Shown one piece after another: positions 1 through 10,834 of a DNA stretch of 64,000 nt. Position numbers and translations under genes: made by a program. Source of the stretch: a virus (taxonomy: Duplodnaviria; Caudoviricetes). Each line of letters starts with the position of its first letter. The stretch's first letter is position 1. Location: IMG/VR virus record IMGVR_UViG_3300032007_000009, one strand, 5' to 3'. Under the pieces are notes generated by a model. It did no database searches. It was not told where the DNA came from and saw only the letters and a program-made list of their open reading frames with translations.

Positions 1-2
1 AA

Positions 3-635
3 TATATAACATGTTCTTCAAAAGTAAGAGCAAATAAACAACTTTGGGTCTTTGAAGGAGACTCTGCAAAGGCGGGCTTTAGGGGAGGTCGTAATCCAGA
101 ATTTCAAGCAGGATTGATTATGCGAGGAGTTCCATTAAATGTATATGGAATGACTCCTGTTCAGATTATGAAGAATGAAGTATTTAATGATCTTGTTACC
201 GTACTTGGACTTAAGTGGGGTAAAGAATTCAATATTAATGATCTGAACTTTGGTAAAATTGTTATTGCAACTGATGCTGACGTTGATGGTGATAAGATTG
301 CTAGTCTACTATTATGTTTCTTCAATAATTGGCCTGAACTATTTGAAAAGAATATAGTTTGTAGAAGCCTATCTCCAATTATCATATCAAGAAAAGGAAA
401 GGACTGCCAGAAATTCTATACAATGGATGAATTTAAAGAAGCTGAAAAGAAACTTAAAGGTTATTCTCATAAATATGCGAAAGGTCTTGGTGGTCTATCA
501 AATCAAGAATCAAAGGAAATGTATCAAGATCCTAAATTCTTATATTTCAAAAAAGATGAAGCTGCAGATAGTATGTTCAGAAAGTGGTTCAATAAGGGAG
601 AATCTGAAGAACGTAAAAATATGTTGAAATATTAA
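3..635 (+). CDS. Type II DNA topoisomerase large (GyrB/T4 gp39-gp60-like) subunit, C-terminal TOPRIM part; 5' end lies outside the window
   Basis: The frame is open from position 3 (YITCSSKVRANKQLWVFEGDSAKAG...). It has the EGDSA motif, MRGVPLN (PLRGK-like), TDADVDG and KYAKGLG motifs. Confidence 0.93.
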   Translation, partial: YITCSSKVRANKQLWVFEGDSAKAGFRGGRNPEFQAGLIMRGVPLNVYGMTPVQIMKNEVFNDLVTVLGLKWGKEFNINDLNFGKIVIATDADVDGDKIASLLLCFFNNWPELFEKNIVCRSLSPIIISRKGKDCQKFYTMDEFKEAEKKLKGYSHKYAKGLGGLSNQESKEMYQDPKFLYFKKDEAADSMFRKWFNKGESEERKNMLKY

Positions 636-637
636 AT

Positions 638-1471
638 ATGAAAAATTTAGGTGATTTAATAAAAGAATCATTTATTAATACAGATATTAATGAATATGAT
701 AATTATATAATTGAAGGATTAAATATTGATCCTAATGAAAAAATTGTATCATTAACAGATAATCATAATAAAGGATTAGATTTATCATTAATTAATAATC
801 CTGTATATAGTACATATAAAGGATATAATGTTATTTCTATTTTTAAAAGAACAAAATTATATGATATTAATGATGTTCAAAGAGATGGAAATCCATTTAT
901 TTATGCATTAAAAAATAAAAATGGATGGAAATTTAAAATAACTGATAAAGAAATACATAAATATATTAAGAGATTTTTAGAAATATGTAAAAAAATTAAA
1001 TCTTCATATGATACAATTATAATAACACCATCATCAAGTGATATTAATGAAAAATTTATGAAAGTAATATCTAATCAAGTTAATTGTAAAGATATTATTA
1101 ATGAATATTTTGTAAAATTATCTAAAGAAGAAATAATTGATGATGATTTAATTGATAAAGATCAAATTCAAAATGATTATGGAAATGATTATACTAAAGT
1201 TTTAGCAGAAATTAATAGAAGTTTTAGACGAATGAAAGGTGAATCATTTGAAGCTAAATATATTAAAAAGGAATATTTAAAATATATTAAATATATATCA
1301 ACAAATTCAAATGATAATATAAGAGATAAAATAGATAATAAGGATATTTTATTATTAGATGATACTATATCATCTGGAGAAACATTAAGTCAATGTATAG
1401 AAGGTATAATATCAAATTTTAATCCAAAATCAATTACAATTATAACATTATTATCACAGCTTAATGAATAA
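638..1471 (+). CDS. Type I phosphoribosyltransferase-fold protein with N-terminal capsid-targeting-like tag
   Basis: PRPP-binding loop ILLLDDTISSGETL; begins MKNLGDLIKE. Confidence 0.75.
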   Translation: MKNLGDLIKESFINTDINEYDNYIIEGLNIDPNEKIVSLTDNHNKGLDLSLINNPVYSTYKGYNVISIFKRTKLYDINDVQRDGNPFIYALKNKNGWKFKITDKEIHKYIKRFLEICKKIKSSYDTIIITPSSSDINEKFMKVISNQVNCKDIINEYFVKLSKEEIIDDDLIDKDQIQNDYGNDYTKVLAEINRSFRRMKGESFEAKYIKKEYLKYIKYISTNSNDNIRDKIDNKDILLLDDTISSGETLSQCIEGIISNFNPKSITIITLLSQLNE

Positions 1472-1498
1472 ACTTTATAGAAAATATATATCTAAATT

Positions 1499-2494
1499 AT
1501 GAAAACAATTAAAGAATATTTAGAAGATCAATTATATCAAGACTTATGCTATACATACACTGAAATAGATGAATCTGGTGGGTTATATGATGGTCAATTA
1601 GAATTATCTACTAAAATTACTAATGATATAGAAAATAAGTTATCAAATACACTTAAATATAAATATAATGACTTTAATATAAAAAATATATATTTTAATG
1701 AACTAGATATTAACATAACATATTTTGATGCAACAAATCATACAGTTAATGTCATATGTTTAATTGATTTTATATCAAGTGATAATAAGTGGGATGATTT
1801 TAAAAAATATAATTTTGATAAAGAAACAAATAGATTGAATAAAATTACTATTGATTTAAAATGCCCTAAACAAGTAAATATATATTATGATAATATAAGA
1901 TCTAGAATTTCGCATGAACTAAATCATGGATATGTATATTGGCAAATTATTAAAGATGATTTTTCAGAAAAAAATGTTGTTCCGGATAATTATCATAATA
2001 AATTACATGAATGGTCAAATAATATATATAATAAAATTACAAAACATATTAAAACCCCGACAAATAATGAAGCTGAACAAATTTGTTATAATTTAATTTA
2101 TACTTTAACAAGATATGAACGAAATGCATTTTTATCAGAAATAATTACATATCTATTTGATAGGAATAATGTTTTTAAAAATATAAATGATTTAAAAAGC
2201 GAATTAAATAAATCTACACAATATAAATTATATACTGATGAAGGACCAAAAATAATAGATATAATTAAAAAACATTGGTCTAAAGATAAACAGCAAATAT
2301 TAGCAAACGCATATAATAAAATATATAATACAAAATACACTTCAGGAAAAATTATAAATTTATTAGAATTTAAAATTGAAGAAACAATTAAAAAAATAAA
2401 TAAAAATATAAATACATTATCAAGAAAATATAAAAATGAAATAAATGAAACTATAAGTTATATACATTTTCCTGATGGGTTAGATTTATTTTAA
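1499..2494 (+). CDS. HExxH zincin-like protein, putative head internal protein
   Basis: ISHELNH motif plus a downstream E (YERNAF); begins MKTIKEYLE; paralogous to 27230..28225. Confidence 0.55.
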   Translation: MKTIKEYLEDQLYQDLCYTYTEIDESGGLYDGQLELSTKITNDIENKLSNTLKYKYNDFNIKNIYFNELDINITYFDATNHTVNVICLIDFISSDNKWDDFKKYNFDKETNRLNKITIDLKCPKQVNIYYDNIRSRISHELNHGYVYWQIIKDDFSEKNVVPDNYHNKLHEWSNNIYNKITKHIKTPTNNEAEQICYNLIYTLTRYERNAFLSEIITYLFDRNNVFKNINDLKSELNKSTQYKLYTDEGPKIIDIIKKHWSKDKQQILANAYNKIYNTKYTSGKIINLLEFKIEETIKKINKNINTLSRKYKNEINETISYIHFPDGLDLF

Positions 2495-2539
2495 TAAATC
2501 TTAAAAATAAATATATGTAAATCAAAAATAAAATAACTT

Positions 2540-2565
2540 AAGGAACTATTAAATTAGTTCTTTTT
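2540..2565 (+). terminator. Intrinsic terminator
   Basis: AAGGAACTA-TTAAAT-TAGTTCTTT stem followed by a T run. Confidence 0.55.
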
Positions 2566-2600
2566 GTTTTCTATATTATATTTAGAATATTTATATTTAT

Positions 2601-3983
2601 ATGGATAAAGTACAAAAGAGAACTATAACAAATTTTTTAAATACTGAATATCTTAATTATGCATTCAGTGTTTTGGAGGAACGTGCGATTCCTTCAGTTA
2701 TTGATGGATTCAAACCAGGTGCAAGAAAGATAATGCATGCAAGTTTATCAGGTACAACAAAAGACGGTAAGTTATATAAGTTGTTAGCATTATCTGGAGA
2801 TGCAATGCGTGTATCCCTCTACGCACATGGTGACATTTCTTTGAATGCGACAATTGTTAATATGTGTAAATCATTTAATGATAATCTTAATCCATTAGAA
2901 TCTGACTCACAGGTTGGTTCATTAAGAGATCCAGATTCTGCTGGTGCTCCTCGTTATCTTTATGTGAAGCATTCAAAATACATGGACTTAATCTATAAGA
3001 CTGACTATGACTTATTAGATTTTGTTTTTGAAGAAGGACAATATGTTGAACCAATGACATATCTTCCAATTATTCCAACCATATTATGTAAGAACAATAT
3101 TGGTGTTGCCGTAGGTTATTCAATGCATAATCAGGCATATGATCCTATTGATATTATTGACGCATGCAAAGAAGTTATTGAAGCACGAGCTGACAAGAAA
3201 GACAAGATTAAAACACAGATTCGTCCATATCTTAAGGGAATTAAGAAATCAAACTGGAGATATGAAGATGTAGCATGGTTTAATTATGGAGAATGGAAAT
3301 TGAACCAAGCAAAAGATTTTATGAATGTAACAGATCTTCCTGCTGATGTATCATACGAAGATTTTGAAAAACTGTTAAATAAGTTTGAGGAAGAAGACTA
3401 TATAAAAGGTTGGAAAAACAAGTCAGTGGATGGTGGAGTCAACTATGAGATAACATTCCCAAAGAAACAGTTAGCTATTGAAATGAAAAAGGATCGTTCA
3501 GGAAAACGTATAGCTAATAAGTTCAAATTGATTAAGCAACTACCTAATGATCTACTTTGGTTATTAGATGAAAACCATAAGTTGAAGTATTTCCAGAATA
3601 AGAATGAAGTAGTTGAGTATTTCGTAAATTATAGATTAGGAATCTATACAGAACGTAAGAAGAAATTAGTAAAGATTCTTGAAGAAAGAATTAAAAAGAA
3701 TGACGAATTGGTAAAGTTTATTGAATTAGTATGTAAAGGAAAACTTAAGATTCGTAATAGGGCTAAAGCAGAAATCAAGATAGATATGGATGGATATAAA
3801 CTTCCAATGGAATTGATTAGTACTCCAATGTCTAAAGTGACTATTGAAGAACGTGATGAACTATTGAAACAGAATCAGGAAATGAAAAAAGAACTTGAAT
3901 ATATCAGGAATACAACAGAAAAACAAATGTATTTGAATGATCTGAATAATCTAAGAAAAGAAATTGAAAAAGATTTTAAATAA
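2601..3983 (+). CDS. Type II DNA topoisomerase GyrA/ParC-like subunit (T4 gp52-like)
   Basis: RAIPSVIDGFKPGARK, YAHGD and the catalytic AGAPRY motif. Confidence 0.95.
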   Translation: MDKVQKRTITNFLNTEYLNYAFSVLEERAIPSVIDGFKPGARKIMHASLSGTTKDGKLYKLLALSGDAMRVSLYAHGDISLNATIVNMCKSFNDNLNPLESDSQVGSLRDPDSAGAPRYLYVKHSKYMDLIYKTDYDLLDFVFEEGQYVEPMTYLPIIPTILCKNNIGVAVGYSMHNQAYDPIDIIDACKEVIEARADKKDKIKTQIRPYLKGIKKSNWRYEDVAWFNYGEWKLNQAKDFMNVTDLPADVSYEDFEKLLNKFEEEDYIKGWKNKSVDGGVNYEITFPKKQLAIEMKKDRSGKRIANKFKLIKQLPNDLLWLLDENHKLKYFQNKNEVVEYFVNYRLGIYTERKKKLVKILEERIKKNDELVKFIELVCKGKLKIRNRAKAEIKIDMDGYKLPMELISTPMSKVTIEERDELLKQNQEMKKELEYIRNTTEKQMYLNDLNNLRKEIEKDFK

Positions 3984-4008
3984 GGAACCATATTAGGTTC
4001 CTTTTTTT
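3982..4008 (+). terminator. Intrinsic terminator
   Basis: AAGGAACC-ATATTA-GGTTCCTT plus a T tract right after the stop codon. Confidence 0.8.
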
Positions 4009-4046
4009 ATTTTTATATATATACAAATATATTATAATTATAATAG

Positions 4047-4445
4047 ATGAAAACTGTTTTAAAACATGAATATAAACTAAAGAAAATTATTGCAGATAAT
4101 TTAGAAAATGCAATTAATAATAGATATATTGAAATAGCTGATGACGAATATGAAAGAATAAATACAGCAATAGAATCTTATAGTAATGCAATACAAGAAG
4201 TATATGATAATTTACAAGATGTTGCATTTACTGAACCACAGAAATCTAAGTTATTATCTGATTTAGAAAAATTAGAAGCAGATATTTTAGCACTTAAACA
4301 AGATACAATATACACTATAGAAGATGGATTATATTTCACTGATGAAAATGGTAATATTGCTGCTAAATTAGATTCAAACGGATTACGTGCTGTTAATATT
4401 GGTGGATCAACTAGTTCTGGTGATATAACTGCATCTGACTATTAA
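4047..4445 (+). CDS. Hypothetical protein, possibly virion or fibre associated
   Basis: Helical N-terminus plus an EDGLYFTDENGNI beta motif; first gene of the LRR/GH2 cluster. Confidence 0.5.
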   Translation: MKTVLKHEYKLKKIIADNLENAINNRYIEIADDEYERINTAIESYSNAIQEVYDNLQDVAFTEPQKSKLLSDLEKLEADILALKQDTIYTIEDGLYFTDENGNIAAKLDSNGLRAVNIGGSTSSGDITASDY

Positions 4446-4463
4446 AAAAATTAATTAATTAAA

Positions 4464-6140
4464 ATGGGAAAAGTTAGAATAATACCTAACATATCTTATG
4501 TTTCAGATAACTTAGGAAAATTATTAGGAATTAATGTAAATATATCATCAGGTAAAGCAATTATAATTCGTAATGCTTCATTTGCATCTAATAATTTAGG
4601 ACAAGTTGAATTTATGGGAAATGAAGTTGGTGATGAATTGAAAATTACTTCTACAGAAAATATAACAATATCATTCCCAAATAATCTTGAATATAAATAT
4701 GATGCTAATGTTTGGGATAACTGGGAAACATATATAACTAATGAAACTTTAAATATTGCTTCTGGAAAAAGCATTATATTTAGAGGCAATTTAACTCCTA
4801 ATGAAAATACAGGAATAGGAACATTTGCTATATCTGGTGATTGTAATGTATCTGGTAATCCATTATCACTTATTAATTATGGGAATATTTCTAGTTATGC
4901 ATTTAAATATTTGTTTAAAGATTGTACATATTTATTAAATACAGAAGATTTAATATTACCTAATACAACTGCTATAAGTTGTTATGAAGGTATGTTTAAG
5001 AATTGTTCTTCATTAGAAACTGCTCCTATATTACCTGCAATTACATTAACCGAAAATTGTTATAAAGAAATGTTTTATAACTGTGAATCATTAAATTATA
5101 TTGAAATAAAATCAACAACATTACTTGGTGAAAACTATTCTCTTAACTGGGTATATAATGTTGCGTCTGAAGGTGAATTCAAACAACCTACAAATATTTC
5201 TAATGCATTTAATGTAAATGCCATACCTATAGGATGGACAACTCCTATAGATTATTCTCAAATGTATTTCACAATTGAATCATTAGTAGATAATAATGAA
5301 ATTAAAATGAATAGATCAGGTTCCCCAAATAATCCAACAATAGAATATTCATTGGATAATGGAGAAACTTGGACTACTAAGAATATAACGGGATCAACTA
5401 CATTCGCAACAATTAATTCTGGAGATACTATAATATTTAAAGGAAATAATACGCAGCTTTCAATTGCATATAATAAATATAATTATTTTACTGCTACTAA
5501 AAATTTTAAAGTATATGGTAATGTAATGTCGTTATTAAATGGAGATGACTTCAAGACAAACTATGAATTCAATAGCAGTGTAACAGATCATTGTGATGGA
5601 ATATTAAGATCGGGGGCTCTTGTAGATGCAAGTAATTTAATATTACCTGCGACTACATTATATGAATCATGTTATAATGGTATGTTCAGAGATGCAGGAC
5701 ATCTTGTTTATGGGCCAAAGTTATTGCCTGCTTTAGATGTTCCTCATGATGCATATAGTTCAATGTTTGAAGGTTGTGTAAAATTAGTTGAAGGTCCTGA
5801 AATTAACGCAATAACGGCAAGTGGTGACGGAGCATTAAATAGAATGTTCTGTATGAGTAGAAGCAGTAAAGTTACTTCTGCTATGACAAAATCTCCTATA
5901 TTAAGAATAACAAATCCAAGTGAATATTCAAATGTATATCAACAATTGTTCTGTGGTAATGGAAATATAAATGAAGTAACGATACTTGCTGAGGGTACAA
6001 ATTTAAGTTTTACTAACTGGTTAAATTATCATGGGGGTAGTGGTGTAATTAAGAAGTTGTCTAAAACAACTCTTACTAATGGGATTAGTGGAGTACCTTC
6101 AGGTTGGACAACGGAAACATATGTAGAATCTAATTTATAA
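4464..6140 (+). CDS. Surface/fibre protein with BspA-like leucine-rich repeats (two modules)
   Basis: Repeated LPAxTLxxxCYxxMFxxC units; duplicated IEYSxD...IIFKGN...GNxMSL module. Confidence 0.7.
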   Translation: MGKVRIIPNISYVSDNLGKLLGINVNISSGKAIIIRNASFASNNLGQVEFMGNEVGDELKITSTENITISFPNNLEYKYDANVWDNWETYITNETLNIASGKSIIFRGNLTPNENTGIGTFAISGDCNVSGNPLSLINYGNISSYAFKYLFKDCTYLLNTEDLILPNTTAISCYEGMFKNCSSLETAPILPAITLTENCYKEMFYNCESLNYIEIKSTTLLGENYSLNWVYNVASEGEFKQPTNISNAFNVNAIPIGWTTPIDYSQMYFTIESLVDNNEIKMNRSGSPNNPTIEYSLDNGETWTTKNITGSTTFATINSGDTIIFKGNNTQLSIAYNKYNYFTATKNFKVYGNVMSLLNGDDFKTNYEFNSSVTDHCDGILRSGALVDASNLILPATTLYESCYNGMFRDAGHLVYGPKLLPALDVPHDAYSSMFEGCVKLVEGPEINAITASGDGALNRMFCMSRSSKVTSAMTKSPILRITNPSEYSNVYQQLFCGNGNINEVTILAEGTNLSFTNWLNYHGGSGVIKKLSKTTLTNGISGVPSGWTTETYVESNL

Positions 6141-6167
6141 GAAATAAAATATAAATAATTAATATAA

Positions 6168-8471
6168 ATGAAAACTATACAATTACAAAAAGATAGCATT
6201 AAAGCTAGTCCATTAACATCAATAGAATCAATATATAATATATATCCTTTATTAAGATCATCTGAGCCAGTTGGCCCATGGATATATAATTTGAATGAAA
6301 TAGAATTACCATATTCATGTAATGGATTAGATGGACATTGGGGTAGTATGAGAGGAGCCAATACTTGGACTTTCAATTCTACATTTACAATACATAAAAT
6401 TCAACCAACATATTTATGGTTTACTTATGCTACGATTTATTCTACATTATACATTAATGAAGTTTTAGTAGGCACTCATACTGGAGGTTATAATGCATTC
6501 TTTTTTGATATAACAGATTATATTACAAAAGGAACAAATACAATAAAAATAATATTAAATAATCAAAGAAATAGTTCAACATATCTTCCTAAAGAAGGTG
6601 ATTTTAATTTTAATGCAACACTTGGTGAAGTAAGATTATTGACTAGTCCAGTTTTACCTGATAAAAAATATGGATATGATGGTTTTCATATTACTTCAAC
6701 AGTTACATCATCAGTAGCAACAATAACAATTGAAACATCAGTTCCTAATTATGCAGATATTATATGTCATATTAAAGATGGAGAATATAACTTTACAGCA
6801 AGAAAATTTGGAAAGGGTGTTATAACATTTGAAACAACTATTGATAATCCACATCTTTGGAATGGTAAATTAGATCCTCATCTTTATGATGTAACTCTTG
6901 AAATATATTATAATGGAGAATTATATCATAAATTAAATAGAGGATATGGATTTAGATATTATGAATATGTAATTAATGATACTGAAAAGGTTGGTACTGT
7001 TTCTGAACCATATACAGGTTTTTTATTGAATGGACAAAAATATTTACTTAGAGGTGTAAATACTCATCATGATTTAGTAGGAAAGGCTAATGCATTGGAA
7101 CCTTTAGATGTTGATAATGATTTTGATATTATAAGAGAACTTGGTTGTAATTTCTTACGTCTTGCACACTATCCACACCCTAAACAAGTATATGATTATT
7201 GTGATAAATTAGGAATCATTGTTCAAACTGAAATTCCTTGGGTTAATACTGCAGAATCTACTTTAACAGATAATCAAAAAACAAGTGCACATGAACAAGT
7301 ATATGATATGGTTATGGAACATTATAATCATCCATCTATTATATTTTGGGGTTTATGTAATGAGGTAACAACAGGTTCTGCAGCAAATACAAAAGTGTTC
7401 ATGGAAGAACTTAGAACATATATAAGAACATTAGATACATCAAGATTGGTTGGTGGTGTTATGAGTGCATCAGGTTCTGCACCATCGTATTGGGGAACAC
7501 CTAATTTAGATTGGTTTGGCTGCAACATATATGTTGGTTGGTATAGTGATCAAACATCAAATAATCCAACATCACAACTTAATAATAGAAAGACAAATTT
7601 CATAACAAACAATAATAAGCCATTTGCATATTCTGAATATGGATGTGGAGGTAATATGATATGTCATTCTAATGATCCAAGTTCAACAACAACAAGAGGT
7701 AATAATCCAAGACATGATATAGAATATCAAATGTGGTTACATGAAGGTCACATTGCAGCAATTAAAAATTTCCCAGAATTAATATTTAGTTCAATGTGGA
7801 TGTTATTTGATATAGCAGTATATAATAGACAAGAAGGATACAAAGTATGTTTAGATGGAAGTGATATTGTTGTTGATGATGATAGATTTAAGTATCTTAA
7901 TGATAAAGGATTAGTTGAAAGAGATCATAAGACAAAGAAAGATACATTCTATTTATATAAAGCATGGTGGAGTGATGAAAAGTTTGTACATATTTGTCAA
8001 AAGAATTATGTAAAGAATGTAGATAGAGTTATAAAATGTTATTCTAATGATGGTGATACATTCAAGCTTTATGTTAAGGGAATTAATGATGAATCTGAAC
8101 AACTTATTGAAACAGTAACAGCAACAAATAATATTGTATTATTTACTGCAAGAACATTTACTGAAGGTGATATTATTAGAGTTGAGGGAGAAACAACAAG
8201 TGATTCATATACATTTACTACAAAATTCTTACATATTTGTCAACATGAAGTAATAGCAAACACATCTGGTGATAACAAAACAATAAAATGTTATTCTAAT
8301 GATGGCGATACATTTAAACTTTATGTTAATGATGTTGAGATTGAAACTGTAACATCTACAGATAATGTAGCAACATTTACCCAAAGAAAGTTTTATGGAA
8401 ATGATATTGTAAGAGTTGAAGGTGCAACATTAACAGATACATTTAAATTTATTTATCCTAAAAGATATTAA
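6168..8471 (+). CDS. Glycoside hydrolase family 2 (beta-galactosidase/glucuronidase-like)
   Basis: LNGQKYLLRGVNTH, RLAHYPH, HYNHPSIIFWGLCNE (acid/base) and SEYG (nucleophile); duplicated C-terminal beta domain. Confidence 0.9.
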   Translation: MKTIQLQKDSIKASPLTSIESIYNIYPLLRSSEPVGPWIYNLNEIELPYSCNGLDGHWGSMRGANTWTFNSTFTIHKIQPTYLWFTYATIYSTLYINEVLVGTHTGGYNAFFFDITDYITKGTNTIKIILNNQRNSSTYLPKEGDFNFNATLGEVRLLTSPVLPDKKYGYDGFHITSTVTSSVATITIETSVPNYADIICHIKDGEYNFTARKFGKGVITFETTIDNPHLWNGKLDPHLYDVTLEIYYNGELYHKLNRGYGFRYYEYVINDTEKVGTVSEPYTGFLLNGQKYLLRGVNTHHDLVGKANALEPLDVDNDFDIIRELGCNFLRLAHYPHPKQVYDYCDKLGIIVQTEIPWVNTAESTLTDNQKTSAHEQVYDMVMEHYNHPSIIFWGLCNEVTTGSAANTKVFMEELRTYIRTLDTSRLVGGVMSASGSAPSYWGTPNLDWFGCNIYVGWYSDQTSNNPTSQLNNRKTNFITNNNKPFAYSEYGCGGNMICHSNDPSSTTTRGNNPRHDIEYQMWLHEGHIAAIKNFPELIFSSMWMLFDIAVYNRQEGYKVCLDGSDIVVDDDRFKYLNDKGLVERDHKTKKDTFYLYKAWWSDEKFVHICQKNYVKNVDRVIKCYSNDGDTFKLYVKGINDESEQLIETVTATNNIVLFTARTFTEGDIIRVEGETTSDSYTFTTKFLHICQHEVIANTSGDNKTIKCYSNDGDTFKLYVNDVEIETVTSTDNVATFTQRKFYGNDIVRVEGATLTDTFKFIYPKRY

Positions 8472-8498
8472 TATATACTATAAAAACGAAATTAAATA

Positions 8499-8530
8499 AA
8501 AATGGATATGGTTAAACCCATATCCATTTT
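8499..8530. terminator. Bidirectional terminator hairpin
   Basis: AAAATGGATATGG-TTAAAC-CCATATCCATTTT between convergent genes. Confidence 0.75.
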
Positions 8531-8907
8531 GTTTCTGATATTGTAGTTATTCGCATATTCTCCAAGCCTTGTGATATATATTCTTTCATTATTTGATGTA
8601 CTTCATCACTTGTTTTTGCAAACACAGGTAAAGTATATTTAATTGTTTTTATAGTACCATCTTCCTGAAATATATCTTCTGCTACTTTAACTGCAAATAT
8701 TTTACTATCTTCATACCATTCATTTGCTGCAGGTTTGAAACTTTTCATTAAACATATATCTTCAATTTCAATTCCTTTACCTATTTTATTAATTATTTTA
8801 ATACTTGCTTCAGCGAAATGAACAGCTTCAGTAAAATATGTTTCTATAACTCTTTTATCTTTACCATGAAGATTAACAGTTCTATTTAATTTAATCTTAA
8901 AATACAT
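8512..8907 (-). CDS. DUF4494-like protein (Bacteroidota family)
   Basis: ETYFTEAVHFAEA and the C-terminal ITTISETK resemble DUF4494. Confidence 0.55.
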   Translation of the reverse strand: MYFKIKLNRTVNLHGKDKRVIETYFTEAVHFAEASIKIINKIGKGIEIEDICLMKSFKPAANEWYEDSKIFAVKVAEDIFQEDGTIKTIKYTLPVFAKTSDEVHQIMKEYISQGLENMRITTISETKWIWV

Positions 8908-8945
8908 AATATTATTTTAATATAATTTAATCTTAAAATACATAA
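8887..8945 (-). repeat. 23-bp direct repeat duplicating the start of the 8512..8907 gene
   Basis: TAATTTAATCTTAAAATACATAA at 8887-8909 and 8923-8945. Confidence 0.9.
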
Positions 8946-8977
8946 CCTCTATATATTTATCTTTAATTATAATTAAA

Positions 8978-9445
8978 TTATTCACTAAATTCAACTACTT
9001 TTGATCCACCATAAGGTCCATACATCCCTAATAGTTTTTCTGAAGCACTTGCATCAAAACGTAAACTATCTTTTTTGAATAATATTTCTTTATCTTCTGC
9101 ATCACTAATAAAACTGTTTCTATTCATAACAGACATATTATTTTTTTTAAAGTCTTTAGCTATTTTATTATCTTTAAATTTATAACCTGCAAGAATAAAA
9201 TATTTAAATTTAGTAGCATCCCATTTATTCTTTGATAAGAAATCTTCAATTTTTTTTATCATTTCCTTTCCTTCTTCTTCAGTTAAAAATGGTTCTTTTT
9301 CAAGTCTCCCACTATCAGGTTCATATAACTTATCAATTTCAAAATGATCCCAGATACTTTGCATTTCTGGTGACATTGAATTATTAACTTTAGTATCCTT
9401 ATTAATTACTAATTTTTCATTTATAATGTCTTTAAGGTTTTTCAT
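8978..9445 (-). CDS. Tagged putative head internal protein
   Basis: N-terminus MKNLKDIINE-KLVINKDTK. Confidence 0.6.
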   Translation of the reverse strand: MKNLKDIINEKLVINKDTKVNNSMSPEMQSIWDHFEIDKLYEPDSGRLEKEPFLTEEEGKEMIKKIEDFLSKNKWDATKFKYFILAGYKFKDNKIAKDFKKNNMSVMNRNSFISDAEDKEILFKKDSLRFDASASEKLLGMYGPYGGSKVVEFSE

Positions 9446-9771
9446 AATATAAAATCTTTTATTTCTTTATATAATTTATCATTATATGCTTCTATATAAT
9501 CAACAAGTTCTTGATACTTTATTCCTACTTCATTATATAACTTTGGATAATCACCTAACCTATCTAATACATCACATATTTTATTATTAAATTTTTGTTC
9601 CAATAAATCTAAACCTGGTTTGTATTTTACATTTTTATATTCAAGTGTTCCTTGAAAATATCTGCATAATACTTCAGAAATTTTATCCTGTTCCTTTTGT
9701 GATAAGTAATCAAACTTAGTATTTTTATTGATAATTAGTTTTTCTGTTATAAAATTAGTTATTTGTTTCAT
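9442..9771 (-). CDS. Tagged putative head internal protein
   Basis: N-terminus MKQITNFITE-KLIINKNTK. Confidence 0.6.
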   Translation of the reverse strand: MKQITNFITEKLIINKNTKFDYLSQKEQDKISEVLCRYFQGTLEYKNVKYKPGLDLLEQKFNNKICDVLDRLGDYPKLYNEVGIKYQELVDYIEAYNDKLYKEIKDFIL

Positions 9772-9781
9772 ATTATTTATT

Positions 9782-10834
9782 TTAATTTAATATATTATCT
9801 AATTCATAAACTCCATCTTTAGGTTTGTTTGAAATAACATCAATTACTTTTTGTTCTATTTCTTCTAATAATTCAGGATTATCATTTAATAAATCAATGA
9901 CAGCTTGCTTGCCTTGTCCAAGTTTTACTTCTCCATAACTGAACCAAGATCCCGATTTATGTATGATATCATATTCAATTGATTTGTCTATTATTTCTCC
10001 AAATCTATTAATACCTTTACCAAACACAATTTCAAATTCTGCTTTTCTAAATGGAGGCGCACATTTGTTTTTTACAACTTTTACTTTTGTAAGATTCGCT
10101 ATAGCATCTTCTCCATCTTTTACTTGAGAAGACTTTCTAACTTCTAATCTTATTGATGCATAGAATTTCAATGCATTACCGCCAGTTGTTGTTTCAGGAT
10201 TACCAAACATAACACCAATCTTTTCTCTTATCTGATTAATGAATATACATAAGCAGTTTGATTTTTTGATAATACCTACCATCTTACGTAATGCTTGTGA
10301 CATTAATCTAGCTTGAAGACCAATTCTTGCATCTCCCATAGCACCTTCCAATTCAGCTTTAGGTATCAATGCTGCAACAGAATCAATAACACAAATACCT
10401 ATTTTTCCTGAACTTATTAATTTTGTTGCAATTTCCAAACAGTCTTCACCACAGTCAGGTTGAGCAAACAATAACTTATCTACATCAACACCAAGATTTG
10501 CTGCATAATCTCTATCAAATGCATTCTCGGCATCTATGTAAGCAGCCTTAAGACCCATCTTTTGTGCTTCAGCAACTGCATGAATTGCAAGTGTTGTCTT
10601 ACCGCAACTTTCAGGTCCATATATTTCAACTATTCTCCCTTTTGGGTATCCTCCAATACCTAAAGCAACATCTAAAGATAATGATCCTGAAGGAATAGTT
10701 TCAATATCCATAACTTCCGATTCTCCCAAAAGCATAACTGTTCCTTCCCCATATTGTTTTTTAATTTCCTTCAATACAGATTCTAATTCATTATCTATAC
10801 CAAATTCTTTATCTATAATATCTTTCTTTGACAT
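9782..10834 (-). CDS. recA: Recombinase RecA
   Basis: [54 protein letters not shown]. Confidence 0.97.
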   Translation of the reverse strand: MSKKDIIDKEFGIDNELESVLKEIKKQYGEGTVMLLGESEVMDIETIPSGSLSLDVALGIGGYPKGRIVEIYGPESCGKTTLAIHAVAEAQKMGLKAAYIDAENAFDRDYAANLGVDVDKLLFAQPDCGEDCLEIATKLISSGKIGICVIDSVAALIPKAELEGAMGDARIGLQARLMSQALRKMVGIIKKSNCLCIFINQIREKIGVMFGNPETTTGGNALKFYASIRLEVRKSSQVKDGEDAIANLTKVKVVKNKCAPPFRKAEFEIVFGKGINRFGEIIDKSIEYDIIHKSGSWFSYGEVKLGQGKQAVIDLLNDNPELLEEIEQKVIDVISNKPKDGVYELDNILN

